Positions 63,648 to 64,000 of a stretch of 64,000 bases of DNA are shown in pieces. The DNA comes from Laetmonice hystrix (lineage: Eukaryota): positions 23,562,001-23,626,000 of the forward strand of contig OZ249436.1 in assembly GCA_965235115.1 (NCBI GenBank). Direction: 5' to 3'. Within the stretch, counting starts at the first letter, position 1. Each line of letters begins with the position of its first letter. Below the pieces are notes generated by a model. That model was not told where the DNA came from. It made no database searches and saw only the letters and a list, made by a program, of their open reading frames with translations. Made by a program: the position numbers and the translations under genes.

Positions 63648-64000
63648 TTCCTTTTAAATACGTGTAGGTCCAAGCTGACCTTGATACACCTTTTATTGAC
63701 ACTTTTTTCGCGCAGTCTTAAGTATGTATTGATCATTAATTATGTCAGTGCTCTGTGTCTCCTTCACAAGATGAACGGGGTTGACCATGTGGACCCAATC
63801 TAGCTTTAATATTGTCCAGACTTTGAGAGGGGCTTGTAGGTATTTAGAGCACTGGTCAGTTCAGGTGGCTCCACTCAGTCCGTGCCATTTACTTTGTATT
63901 TATGACAGTTAATATTCTTTGGATTTGTCAGATACTTTTCACCTGTGCTTTTGGTGTGCAGTTATTGTGCGTTATTGATGTCTCCGCAGGAAGCGTCAAG

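Noticed and set aside
63981..64000. Possible next collagen exon after TCTCCGCAG
   Set aside because: Good acceptor, but the phase-1 reading gives G-S-V-K rather than Gly-X-Y-Gly, and only 11 nt are visible

Overview
Eukaryotic (animal, probably marine invertebrate) genomic DNA. The window is the interior of a large + strand collagen gene. It holds 13 Gly-X-Y exons (about 177 triplets), all phase 1 with a split Gly codon and lengths that are multiples of 9 bp; neither end of the gene is visible. The introns are packed with transposable elements. One ~38.6 kb intron (17517-56168) is a nest containing a Gmr1-type Gypsy element (integrase upstream of RT), a second Gypsy element, a CR1/L2-like LINE, a tyrosine-recombinase retrotransposon relic, many MITEs, and Helitron/Helentron-like non-autonomous elements carrying a 258-bp satellite. 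The most notable observation is in the LINE ORF1. After removing a TTAA-flanked insertion, it ends in a complete NADAR (YbiA-like) domain fused in frame to the L1-like ORF1 C-terminal region. All calls are by eye from motifs, termini and reading frames; no searches were run.
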